Origin: a virus | Length of the DNA: 64,000 nucleotides | Virus record (IMG/VR): IMGVR_UViG_3300025030_000039 | Location: 60,878 to 124,877 of that record | Direction: 5' to 3' (one strand) | Shown: one piece after another, positions 1 through 7,567 of the stretch | How the letters are laid out: each line of letters begins with the position of its first letter | How positions within the stretch are numbered: position 1 is the first letter of the stretch | The notes under the pieces: generated by a model | Seen by the model: only the letters and a program-made list of their open reading frames with translations | The model's database searches: none | What the model was told of the DNA's origin: nothing | Made by a program: the position numbers and the translations under genes

Positions 1-269
1 TTATTATTCCATATTATTAATCCTTTTTCATTTCCATATTTATCTAAATAATATTGTTTAGATGAATAATATTTACACTTTAATTTATATTCTTTATATT
101 TTTTATTTCCTTCTATTTCACCGTATTTTAGTATATACTTTTCTAAACTTACTCCTCTAATAAATTTATGATATAATTTATATGCTTCTTCAATAGAAAA
201 TTTATTAATTAATTCATTCCATTTACTAGGATATGTTTTAACATCTATTCCTTTTAACATCTGCTCCAT
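1..269 (-). CDS. Hypothetical protein, partial. The ATG is at 267..269 and the ORF runs off the window start without a stop. It lies immediately downstream of the NrdJ split-intein N-fragment ORF and could be a free-standing endonuclease sitting between intein halves.
   Basis: Open minus-strand frame from the ATG at 267..269 to position 1 with no stop; translation begins MEQMLKGIDVKTYPSKWNELINKF. It is absent from the ORF track because it is unterminated. Confidence 0.3.
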   Translation of the reverse strand, partial: MEQMLKGIDVKTYPSKWNELINKFSIEEAYKLYHKFIRGVSLEKYILKYGEIEGNKKYKEYKLKCKYYSSKQYYLDKYGNEKGLIIWNN

Positions 270-305
270 TATTTAATTTTATTTTATATATTAATGGAGC
301 AACTG

Positions 306-2150
306 TTAATTTATTTTTTTAATTATTTTATCACCTACTTTTAATTCTTCAGCATTCTTCCAAATTGCTTCTTTATCATTAATTAAAACTAAAAATTTAT
401 GAACTTTACTTGTAAAAATATTGTAATCTTTATCTAATTTAAATCTATAACCCTCTGTTTTTCCATTCCAATATAATTTTGTTATTTTATTATAGTTTCC
501 ATTTATATCTAAAATATTAATAGGTTTAATTAAATCAAACCATATATTATTTTTAGTCTCAAGTTCTTTAATATTAACACCATTTATATTAAATATTTCT
601 TCTAATGAAATATCACCTATATCAGTTTTAATTATAGCATCTTTTTCTAAACATCCCGTGGGGGCGGCTGTTAGTAAACCTATATTTCTTCTTCCGTGTT
701 TAATTAACAGTTCACTTACTTCAGAATCTGCTTTAATTAATCTTTGAATAAATGAATTTCCAATTTCTTTATCTCCATCATATATTTTAAAAGATCCTCT
801 ATCTTTTGCTAATAAACATGATGATTTATAAACTTCAATTGCCATTATTTTATGAACTTCTTCAGAAAATTTTATAGCATCATCTGTAGCATAAGTTAAA
901 CCTAATGCAGCTAACATGTCTCCTTCAGCAGTAATACCGATTCCAACTCTTCTGCCTAATAAAGCTTTTTCTTTAATTTTTTTCCATAAATTTAACTCTA
1001 TTAATTTAACTTCATCAGATTCTTTATCATTATTAATTTTTTCTAATATTTTATCAATTTTTTCTATTTCTAAATCAATAATATCATCTGATATTTTTAC
1101 TGCATATTTTATATGTTCTTTAAATAACTCAAAATTAAATTTTGCTTCTTTTGTAAATGGATTATCTATATATGAATATAAATTTATAGCAAGTAACCGA
1201 CAGCTGTCATACTTACATAGGGCGATTTCCCCGCACGGATTTGTAGAAACAGATTTAAATCCAACATCTGCATAACAATCTGGCACTGATTCACGTATTA
1301 TAGTATCCCAAAATAATATTCCAGGTTCAGCTGATTTCCATGCGTTGTGAATAATTTTTTTCCATAATTTTTTAGCATCTATTTCTTTAACTATTTTTGC
1401 TTTTTCTTTTTGTACGTTTATGGGATATTGTTGAAAATATGATGTATTATTTAAAACTGCCGTCATAAATTCATCATCTAATTTAACTGATATATTAGCA
1501 CCAGTAACTTTACCTTCTGCTAATTTAGCATCAATAAATTCTTCTGTATCTGGATGTTTTATAGATATGCTAAGCATAAGGGCCCCCCTTCTGCCGTCTT
1601 GAGCTACTTCTCTAGTAGAATTAGAGTATCTTTCCATAAAAGGAACTATACCTGTAGATGTCAGTGCAGAATTTTTAACAGCAGATCCTTTTGGTCTAAT
1701 ATGACTTAAGTCGTGACCAACACCGCCTCTTCTTTTCATTAATTGTATTTGTTCTTGATCTATTTTTAAAATAGATCCATAAGAATCACCTTCATCACCA
1801 ATGACAAAACAATTAGATAATGAAACAATTTGTAAATTATTTCCAATACCCGACATAGGACCGCCTTGTGGAACAATATACTTAAAATCCTTAATTAATT
1901 CAAATATTTTATCTTCTGATATTGGATTAACATAATTATTTTCTATTCTTGAAATTTCACCTGCTAATCTGTGATGCATATCATCAGGTGTTTTTTCATA
2001 AAATTTTCCATCAGAATCTTTAATAGCATATTTATTTAAAAATACTTTTGCTATCATTTCATCTCCTTTAAAATATTTTAAAGATTCTTCTAAAGCTTCA
2101 TTATAAGTATACGTATTAATAACTTCTTTATTAATTTTAGTCATTTCCAT
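306..2150 (-). CDS. nrdJ: Class II (B12-dependent) ribonucleotide reductase NrdJ, N-terminal extein of about 499 aa fused to a 115 aa split-intein N-fragment. The C-terminal extein is not in this ORF.
   Basis: STNPCGEIAL matches the NPCGE active-site motif of class II RNRs. The ORF ends shortly after the conserved APTG motif, where a Cys-initiated intein-like sequence begins. Confidence 0.75.
   Translation of the reverse strand: MEMTKINKEVINTYTYNEALEESLKYFKGDEMIAKVFLNKYAIKDSDGKFYEKTPDDMHHRLAGEISRIENNYVNPISEDKIFELIKDFKYIVPQGGPMSGIGNNLQIVSLSNCFVIGDEGDSYGSILKIDQEQIQLMKRRGGVGHDLSHIRPKGSAVKNSALTSTGIVPFMERYSNSTREVAQDGRRGALMLSISIKHPDTEEFIDAKLAEGKVTGANISVKLDDEFMTAVLNNTSYFQQYPINVQKEKAKIVKEIDAKKLWKKIIHNAWKSAEPGILFWDTIIRESVPDCYADVGFKSVSTNPCGEIALCKYDSCRLLAINLYSYIDNPFTKEAKFNFELFKEHIKYAVKISDDIIDLEIEKIDKILEKINNDKESDEVKLIELNLWKKIKEKALLGRRVGIGITAEGDMLAALGLTYATDDAIKFSEEVHKIMAIEVYKSSCLLAKDRGSFKIYDGDKEIGNSFIQRLIKADSEVSELLIKHGRRNIGLLTAAPTGCLEKDAIIKTDIGDISLEEIFNINGVNIKELETKNNIWFDLIKPINILDINGNYNKITKLYWNGKTEGYRFKLDKDYNIFTSKVHKFLVLINDKEAIWKNAEELKVGDKIIKKIN
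309..653 (-). mobile_element. Split intein N-fragment (IntN), 115 aa, containing intein blocks A and B and followed by a stop codon.
   Basis: Starts CLEKDAII (block A, C-x-x-x-D-x-x-I) directly after extein TAAPTG. TSKVHKFLV resembles block B. The tail HKFLVLINDKEAIWKNAEEL resembles the Npu DnaE IntN tail HKFMTVDGQMLPIDEIFERELDL. Length and stop position are typical of naturally split inteins. Confidence 0.6.
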
Positions 2151-2164
2151 TATTATTTATTTTT

Positions 2165-4108
2165 TTATTTTTTATATTCAAATTTATAGTTACCTGTTCC
2201 AAAACACCTATAACAACCTCTATCATGCATTATATCTACCTCTGTTAAACTTGGATCTGCTCCTTCTTTAATTAATTTATCCTTCCTAAACTTAAACCTA
2301 TTCTCCCTTAAACCATCTACTACCCACCAATAATTCAAACCAGTATGCCCTATATATTTAAAACCTAATTTTATATATAAGTTATCTTGCTCATCAACCG
2401 TCCAATCACAATCGGCATAACTTATTATTCTATTCGGTATATACTCCTTTATAAAATGCTTAAATAAGCGACTAGCTCCACCAATAACTGAAGTATCTAA
2501 TTTATTAGCAAATCTAGTCAACTCATACTCTCCTTCTTTAGCTACTTGATTTAAATTTTTACGTAGTTTACCAAAGGTCATTAATGATACTAACTCATCA
2601 TTATAATATAAACCTAATTTAACAGCTGCATTAACATTACCTTGTAAATGGTTCCTATTTAAAAACTCTCTACTATCACTAGAGGACACCTTTTTAACTA
2701 TACACTTTCTAGCGTATATTTTATTATATGTTAAATTTAAAATTTGTTTTAGTCTCGATTTAACTATTTCTTGCTTATTTAACCAATCATCTTCCCATAT
2801 ATGTATGAGTTTAACTCCTTTTTCTTTAGCTAATGCTGTCTTATTTAAATGATAATCTTTAAGTTTATTGAATTCATTGTGCCAATAAACTCCATTATGT
2901 TCTATTCCAATCTTATTATTTGGTATATAAATATCTATCTCATTACCATTTAAAATAGTTCGATCTTTTTTAGTTTCTATATTTAAATCATTTATAAATA
3001 ATTTAATCTCTTCTTCATTTTTACTTTCAAAAGAATTTGTAGAATTTAAAGGATTACATATTGTACAAATATTAACATTATAATGATGTCTTTGATGTAA
3101 AAGATGTATATTTATATTTTTATAATCTTTGCATTCACTACAATAAAAATCCAATGTTCCATTTTCATATACCTGTTTAATATCTAAATTATTATATCGT
3201 TCTTTTATTTTATTTTTATGTTTTTCAAATATAATTTTTTTAAAATATATACTCTTAAAAATAATTTTGTTTTTGTATCGTTCTAAATTAGTATCCTTAA
3301 TTTTTTCTTGTATATCTTTACACTGTGCTACATTTTCAACTCCATAACGTTCTAAATTAGTATCCTTAATTTTTTCCTTAATATCTTCTCTTTGTAATGT
3401 ATTTTCAACTCTATAACGTTCTAAATTAGTATCCTTAATTTTTTCTTGTATATCTTTACACTGTGCTACATTTTCAACTCCATAACGTTCTAAATTAGTT
3501 TTTTTAATTTTTTCTTGTACATCTTTTCTTTGTATAGCATGCTCTACTCCATATAGTTCCAAATTATTTTTAATAATCTTATCTTTTATATCTTTATATT
3601 GTAAACTACATTCAACTCCATATTTTTTAAAATTAGTTTCTTTAATTTTTTCCTTAACATCTTTTGCTTGAAAACTATGCTCAACTCCATATCGTTTTAA
3701 AAATGTTTTTTTAATTTTTTCTTTTACAATATTACTTGATCCTGAATTTTCACATCCATATCTTTCTAAATTAGTTTTTTTAATTTTTTCTTGTACATCT
3801 TTTCTTTGTAAAACAGATGTAATTCCTTCATTTTTTAAAAGTCTTTCTTTAGTTTTTATATGTGCACATTTTAAACATGAATATTTATCTGTTAATTTAT
3901 TGGTCTGTGAAAAATATTTATTATATACAACTTTTTTTTCAATACCACAATAATCACATTTAACATTAATTTTAATACCACAGCCGGAATTTAAATTATT
4001 AATATCTAAAATTATTATTGATTTTATTTTAATATCTAAATATAAATTTTTATAAAATCTTATATTATTTGAAGTAATATTAATTTCAACATTTTTATCT
4101 AAAATCAT
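2165..4108 (-). CDS. Homing-endonuclease-like protein of 647 aa. It has an N-terminal Cys-rich zinc-finger-like region, an array of about six tandem 33 aa KIKxTNLERYGVEN repeats, a Vsr/DUF559-like PD-(D/E)xK nuclease-like domain, and a C-terminal domain of unknown function.
   Basis: CDYCG...CLKCAH Cys pairs; repeated EKIKKTNLERYGVE modules; IDIYIPNNKIGIEHNGVYWHNE...KLIHIWEDDW resembles Vsr/DUF559 endonuclease motifs. The ATG overlaps the stop of the upstream polB fragment as ATGA. Confidence 0.55.
   Translation of the reverse strand: MILDKNVEINITSNNIRFYKNLYLDIKIKSIIILDINNLNSGCGIKINVKCDYCGIEKKVVYNKYFSQTNKLTDKYSCLKCAHIKTKERLLKNEGITSVLQRKDVQEKIKKTNLERYGCENSGSSNIVKEKIKKTFLKRYGVEHSFQAKDVKEKIKETNFKKYGVECSLQYKDIKDKIIKNNLELYGVEHAIQRKDVQEKIKKTNLERYGVENVAQCKDIQEKIKDTNLERYRVENTLQREDIKEKIKDTNLERYGVENVAQCKDIQEKIKDTNLERYKNKIIFKSIYFKKIIFEKHKNKIKERYNNLDIKQVYENGTLDFYCSECKDYKNINIHLLHQRHHYNVNICTICNPLNSTNSFESKNEEEIKLFINDLNIETKKDRTILNGNEIDIYIPNNKIGIEHNGVYWHNEFNKLKDYHLNKTALAKEKGVKLIHIWEDDWLNKQEIVKSRLKQILNLTYNKIYARKCIVKKVSSSDSREFLNRNHLQGNVNAAVKLGLYYNDELVSLMTFGKLRKNLNQVAKEGEYELTRFANKLDTSVIGGASRLFKHFIKEYIPNRIISYADCDWTVDEQDNLYIKLGFKYIGHTGLNYWWVVDGLRENRFKFRKDKLIKEGADPSLTEVDIMHDRGCYRCFGTGNYKFEYKK
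3240..3830 (-). repeat. Tandem 99 nt coding repeats, about six copies, some nearly identical (for example 3296..3350 versus 3435..3500).
   Basis: Direct sequence repetition seen in the DNA, for example ttttttcttgtatatctttacactgtgctacattttcaactccataacgttctaaattagt twice. It encodes the 33 aa repeat array of the 647 aa protein. Confidence 0.7.
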
Positions 4109-5523
4109 GCACTTTTTCTTTTTTCTAATATATGTTTAATTTCATCTGCTTCCATTTCATATTTAAACATTTCTTTTTTATATTCTTTTCTTTGACTATA
4201 AAGTCTATTCAATATACCTTTTAATATTGAATCTTTTGTACTATATACACACCCATTAACTGCTACAATTCTATCATCTTGTTTATATTCATTTCTTACA
4301 TCAGGATCAACTTTCATTATAAATGAATCAGGAGATACATTCATCTGTCTCATAATCGAAGGATAAAGTGATGCAAAATCAAAGCAAGCTACTGCTTTAT
4401 GACGTCCTGTAATTGGTTTTTTAACATAAGCACCTTCATATTGTTCATCTTTATTTTCTTTTCTAATATTAAAATCTGAGGCTAATATTTTGTTATCTTT
4501 TAAAAATTCTCTTGCTAATAATGATTCAGTAATTGAAACTGGTGAATCAGCTTTATAAATACTAATTTTACATAGATTAGCTAATGTTAAAACTATTTCC
4601 ATTGTTTTAAGTTTTTCATGAATTAGCATTACTAATAATGTATCAACTGCAGTATAAAATACATATTTTTCAAAATCTTTTTCTAATAGATCTTTTAAAC
4701 TTCCATCGTAACTAATTTTCTTTAAACCTACTACTACCTCTGCTACCGTATTTAATTTAAAATTTTCTTTGACATCTACACTTCTATCCCATGCTTTATA
4801 AAGATCCATATAGTCCATTATTCCAACATGTAGTGGAATATCATTATTTTGATTATTTAATTTTCCGCTTGGTGATGCTATAGAAGGATCAATTCCTAAT
4901 CGACGAGCTCTATTTATAATATATTTCCAATCATAACCAATTACATTCCAACCACTCATCATTGGTATTTTTTTCTGTACTATTTCACTTAAAAAAGTAT
5001 ACAGCATGTCATATTCTGTATCAAACTTTTTATAAATAAAGGTAAATTTTTTACCAGTTTGTTCAAAGTATTTATCTATACTAGATTGAACATTAGCAAT
5101 ACTTTTTGCAGGCAAATTCAAATGTGAAAATACGATTACTTGATTTTTAGGAGTTGTAAAAGTAATTGTAGTAATTTTTTCTTTTGCAGAATCTGCTTCT
5201 GGAAATCCATCAACAATTTCAACTTCTATATCAATAAAATAAATATCTGGATAGTGTGTTCCAAAAATTTCATCTTGATCTTCTTTAGATAATCTTTCAA
5301 ATAATTCTGTTATTGAATGTTTATTTAAAAATTTTGAAGTATATTTTTTAACAGCACGTCCATCCCAATTTGTAAACTTCTTATCTTTTGATTTATCACT
5401 TTCACGACAAATCATCCAATTAGATATATTTTTTAATGGTATTGTTTTAAATGAAACTTTTCCTTCACTATTATAATAAGATATAATTAATGAATTACCT
5501 TCATTCTCAATGTCTAATAGCAT
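4105..5523 (-). CDS. Family B DNA polymerase, N-terminal fragment of 472 aa carrying the exonuclease region and polymerase motif A. It is truncated before motif B.
   Basis: FIDIEV contains the Exo I DxE motif. CFDFASLYPSIM is the motif A DxxSLYPS. KGILNRLYSQRKEYKKEM corresponds to the GILPxILExLLxARKxxKxEL linker that precedes motif B in pol delta-type enzymes. The ORF then stops; no KxxxNSxYG or YGDTDS motif follows. Confidence 0.8.
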   Translation of the reverse strand: MLLDIENEGNSLIISYYNSEGKVSFKTIPLKNISNWMICRESDKSKDKKFTNWDGRAVKKYTSKFLNKHSITELFERLSKEDQDEIFGTHYPDIYFIDIEVEIVDGFPEADSAKEKITTITFTTPKNQVIVFSHLNLPAKSIANVQSSIDKYFEQTGKKFTFIYKKFDTEYDMLYTFLSEIVQKKIPMMSGWNVIGYDWKYIINRARRLGIDPSIASPSGKLNNQNNDIPLHVGIMDYMDLYKAWDRSVDVKENFKLNTVAEVVVGLKKISYDGSLKDLLEKDFEKYVFYTAVDTLLVMLIHEKLKTMEIVLTLANLCKISIYKADSPVSITESLLAREFLKDNKILASDFNIRKENKDEQYEGAYVKKPITGRHKAVACFDFASLYPSIMRQMNVSPDSFIMKVDPDVRNEYKQDDRIVAVNGCVYSTKDSILKGILNRLYSQRKEYKKEMFKYEMEADEIKHILEKRKSA

Positions 5524-5542
5524 AAAATTTAAGATTTAAATA

Positions 5543-6106
5543 TTAATTACCAGTATGTCCGAATCCACCTTCTCCTCTTTGTGTTTTTTCTGTATAAAGT
5601 TCATTTTCAGGTACTTCGATTATGTCAGATAAATAAATAGGAATTTCTAAAAATTGAATTAATTTCATATTAGGAGTTAATGTAACTATATTTTCATTTG
5701 AAGTGTTATATACATTTAAATGAATTTCGCCCTGATAATCCTGATCAACTACACTTGCCAGGAAGGAAATGCCTAATTTAGAACCTACACCTGATTTAGT
5801 ATGAGCTATTAAAGCTCTATCTTTTCCCATTTTTACTTTTATTCCAGAAGGAATATTTATTCTTTCACCTGGACCTAATACTATACCTATTACTTTATCT
5901 AATTCATAGGTCATTGGCATGCTATTCATTATATCTTTATTTTTAGATACAATATCATCAATAAATTCTTGTGTAAATTCTGGAATAAAAAAATCAATAC
6001 CTGCTGATTCAGATGTTCCACGTGTTGGAAGTTTTACTTCTCTTGTTTTAGAAAAAAATATTTTATTTTCTTGCATATTAAGATTTTTTAGAGTTAGACT
6101 TTTCAT
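5543..6106 (-). CDS. dut: dUTPase-family trimeric pyrophosphatase (dUTPase or dCTPase). The true start may be the internal Met at 6076.
   Basis: SAGIDF (motif 1), TKSG (motif 2) and VVDQDYQGEI (motif 3, GxxDxDYRGE-like). Confidence 0.8.
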   Translation of the reverse strand: MKSLTLKNLNMQENKIFFSKTREVKLPTRGTSESAGIDFFIPEFTQEFIDDIVSKNKDIMNSMPMTYELDKVIGIVLGPGERINIPSGIKVKMGKDRALIAHTKSGVGSKLGISFLASVVDQDYQGEIHLNVYNTSNENIVTLTPNMKLIQFLEIPIYLSDIIEVPENELYTEKTQRGEGGFGHTGN

Positions 6107-6293
6107 TTTTCTTTTCAGCTTTTCTTTCAGCTATTTCATCAGCTCTTTTTTCAGCAGCTTGTTTAGAGATATCTCTAATTTTTAATTTCCATTCCTTTTT
6201 AGGAGTATAAAAATAACCATTAGTATTAACTAATTTTTCGGCTATTTCATTATTTACTCGTAAAATTTCATCATTCTTTTTTACTGTTTTCAT
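6078..6293 (-). CDS. Small Lys-rich basic protein of 71 aa.
   Basis: ORF with a highly basic C-terminus, KAEKKNEKSNSKKS. It overlaps the annotated dUTPase start by 29 nt, which argues for the internal dUTPase start. Confidence 0.35.
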   Translation of the reverse strand: MKTVKKNDEILRVNNEIAEKLVNTNGYFYTPKKEWKLKIRDISKQAAEKRADEIAERKAEKKNEKSNSKKS

Positions 6294-6354
6294 AATTATA
6301 ACATATTAAAATTTAAATTTATATGCATTATTATGCTTTTGTTTCACCTGAGAC

Positions 6355-6390
6355 AATTGTGGCTTCTAAAGTATATTAGAAGCCACAATT
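6355..6390. repeat. Perfect 14 bp inverted repeat aattgtggcttcta / tagaagccacaatt with an 8 nt loop, in the intergenic region between two minus-strand genes.
   Basis: Read directly from the sequence at 6355..6368 and 6377..6390. Confidence 0.7.
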
Positions 6391-6395
6391 TTAAA

Positions 6396-6860
6396 TTAAC
6401 CTTCAAGATTTTGTGAAGCATTAATATCTCCAATATAAGCTTCTACATCATCATCTGTCAATTCAGCTTGTTTACCGTTTTCTAATTGTACTAAATATTT
6501 TCCTGTATCTTCACTCCATGAAATAATATCGCCTACTAATCCATCAGCTTTACATTTAACTTTAGATCCAGGTATTAAATGACTTTCACCAACCAATTTT
6601 TGAGTTTTAGCTCCTAATCTATTATTATCATCATTAACTATAACTTCAATTTCAGTTTCATTAAATTGTTGTTGTCCACTATCATCTAAACTAACATTAT
6701 ATTTTTTAATATCTTCACTCCAAGAGTTTAAATATCCTAATTGACCACTAGCTTTTACTTTTATTCTAGTACCTGGTGTTATAACATCGGCTTCTTTAAC
6801 CAAATGCTGATTAGTTTTAACGTCGTTTACAAACTCTTCAAATAATTTTACGTATTCCAT
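6396..6860 (-). CDS. Hypothetical protein with a leader-like N-terminus (MEYVKLFEEFVND) and two tandem copies of a roughly 50 aa small beta-domain.
   Basis: Internal duplication TRIKVKASGQLGYLNSWSEDIKKYNV / SKVKCKADGLVGDIISWSEDTGKYLV. Confidence 0.45.
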   Translation of the reverse strand: MEYVKLFEEFVNDVKTNQHLVKEADVITPGTRIKVKASGQLGYLNSWSEDIKKYNVSLDDSGQQQFNETEIEVIVNDDNNRLGAKTQKLVGESHLIPGSKVKCKADGLVGDIISWSEDTGKYLVQLENGKQAELTDDDVEAYIGDINASQNLEG

Positions 6861-6880
6861 TGTATATTGTTTTTATTTAT

Positions 6881-7264
6881 TTATTTGTATTCTGTTTTAA
6901 ATTCATTAAACGTTTTAATGAATTTTAATTTCTTTTTTTTATTTAATAGTATATCACCTGATCCTAGTATTTGTTTTGAAAAATTAGTTGACAAATCAGG
7001 ATCACCAGGCAATTTAACTGAACCTATTCCATTAACATTAATTGGAGTACTTGCTACTGGGGCAGTGCTTGTAATAGAAGTATTTTCATTAGCTTTTTTC
7101 ATTTCTTCATCAGTAGTATGCGCATAATCTTTTATTTCTTTTATAGTCATTCCATTTGCAGCATCAATTACTTCTTTACTAACTTCTGATTCTTTCTTTT
7201 TACCTTCTTTATATGCTAAAACTATATTAAAAAAAGCTCTCTGTTTTACACTAGTTGATGGCAT
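6881..7264 (-). CDS. Hypothetical protein.
   Basis: ORF only; N-terminus MPSTSVKQRAFFNIVLAYKEGK. Confidence 0.4.
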   Translation of the reverse strand: MPSTSVKQRAFFNIVLAYKEGKKKESEVSKEVIDAANGMTIKEIKDYAHTTDEEMKKANENTSITSTAPVASTPINVNGIGSVKLPGDPDLSTNFSKQILGSGDILLNKKKKLKFIKTFNEFKTEYK

Positions 7265-7272
7265 AATATAAT

Positions 7273-7557
7273 TTATTTTGTCATATCTATTCCTAATAAA
7301 TCTTTAGCTAATTTTAATGCATCAGGTTCATCTACTATTCCACTCTTAACTAATTCAGAATAGTATTTAGGATTTTCTGTTAAATGATCGATTGCAACTT
7401 CTTTTGCTGTTGATTTATCACTAGAGTGTTCAGCTTCTACTGCAATTCCAACTTCTAATTCATTTTTATCGATAGTTGATTCATCAGTATCATCACCTTT
7501 ACCTCCAATTAAAACTTGTTCATTAATAAATTCTAAATAAGTTTTTACAAATTCCAT
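7273..7557 (-). CDS. Hypothetical small acidic protein with a leader-like N-terminus (MEFVKTYLEFINEQ).
   Basis: ORF; N-terminal similarity to the MKYILEYEEFLLE leader family. Confidence 0.4.
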   Translation of the reverse strand: MEFVKTYLEFINEQVLIGGKGDDTDESTIDKNELEVGIAVEAEHSSDKSTAKEVAIDHLTENPKYYSELVKSGIVDEPDALKLAKDLLGIDMTK

Positions 7558-7567
7558 ATTATTGTTT

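Noticed and set aside
1-269. Partial ORF downstream of nrdJ, considered as the split-intein C-fragment plus the RNR C-extein.
   Set aside because: It starts MEQMLKGIDVKTYPSK and lacks the IntC blocks F and G; there is no terminal HN followed by S/T/C within the visible part.
916-1275. Plus-strand ORFs in the six-frame track: 916..1275, 5919..6185, 6867..7127, 11175..11459, 11609..12072, 20047..20301, 22859..23164, 24474..24881, 30577..30777, 31306..31497, 42778..42963, 45948..46307, 49227..49430, 51873..52127, 57535..58113, 59049..59255, 59835..60050, 61970..62257 and 62877..63065.
   Set aside because: Each lies antisense inside a longer minus-strand gene that has recognisable motifs. Their translations are low-complexity (Leu/Phe/Ser/Ile-rich), as expected from antisense reading of AT-rich coding DNA.
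2165-2700. C-terminal roughly 180 aa of the 647 aa ORF, considered as the missing C-terminal half of the DNA polymerase.
   Set aside because: No motif B (KxxxNSxYG) or motif C (YGDTDS) is present. ISYADCDW is too weak a match.
3240-3830. Tandem direct repeats, considered as a CRISPR-like array.
   Set aside because: The repeats are in-frame coding repeats of a single long ORF, 99 nt units with no unique spacers. The same applies to the repeat regions at 46060..46740, 30550..30980 and 11829..12008.
6355-6390. 14 bp palindrome, considered as a rho-independent terminator for the upstream minus-strand gene.
   Set aside because: On the minus-strand transcript the hairpin is followed by gucucagg rather than a U-run. 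The T-run is on the plus strand, where there are no genes.
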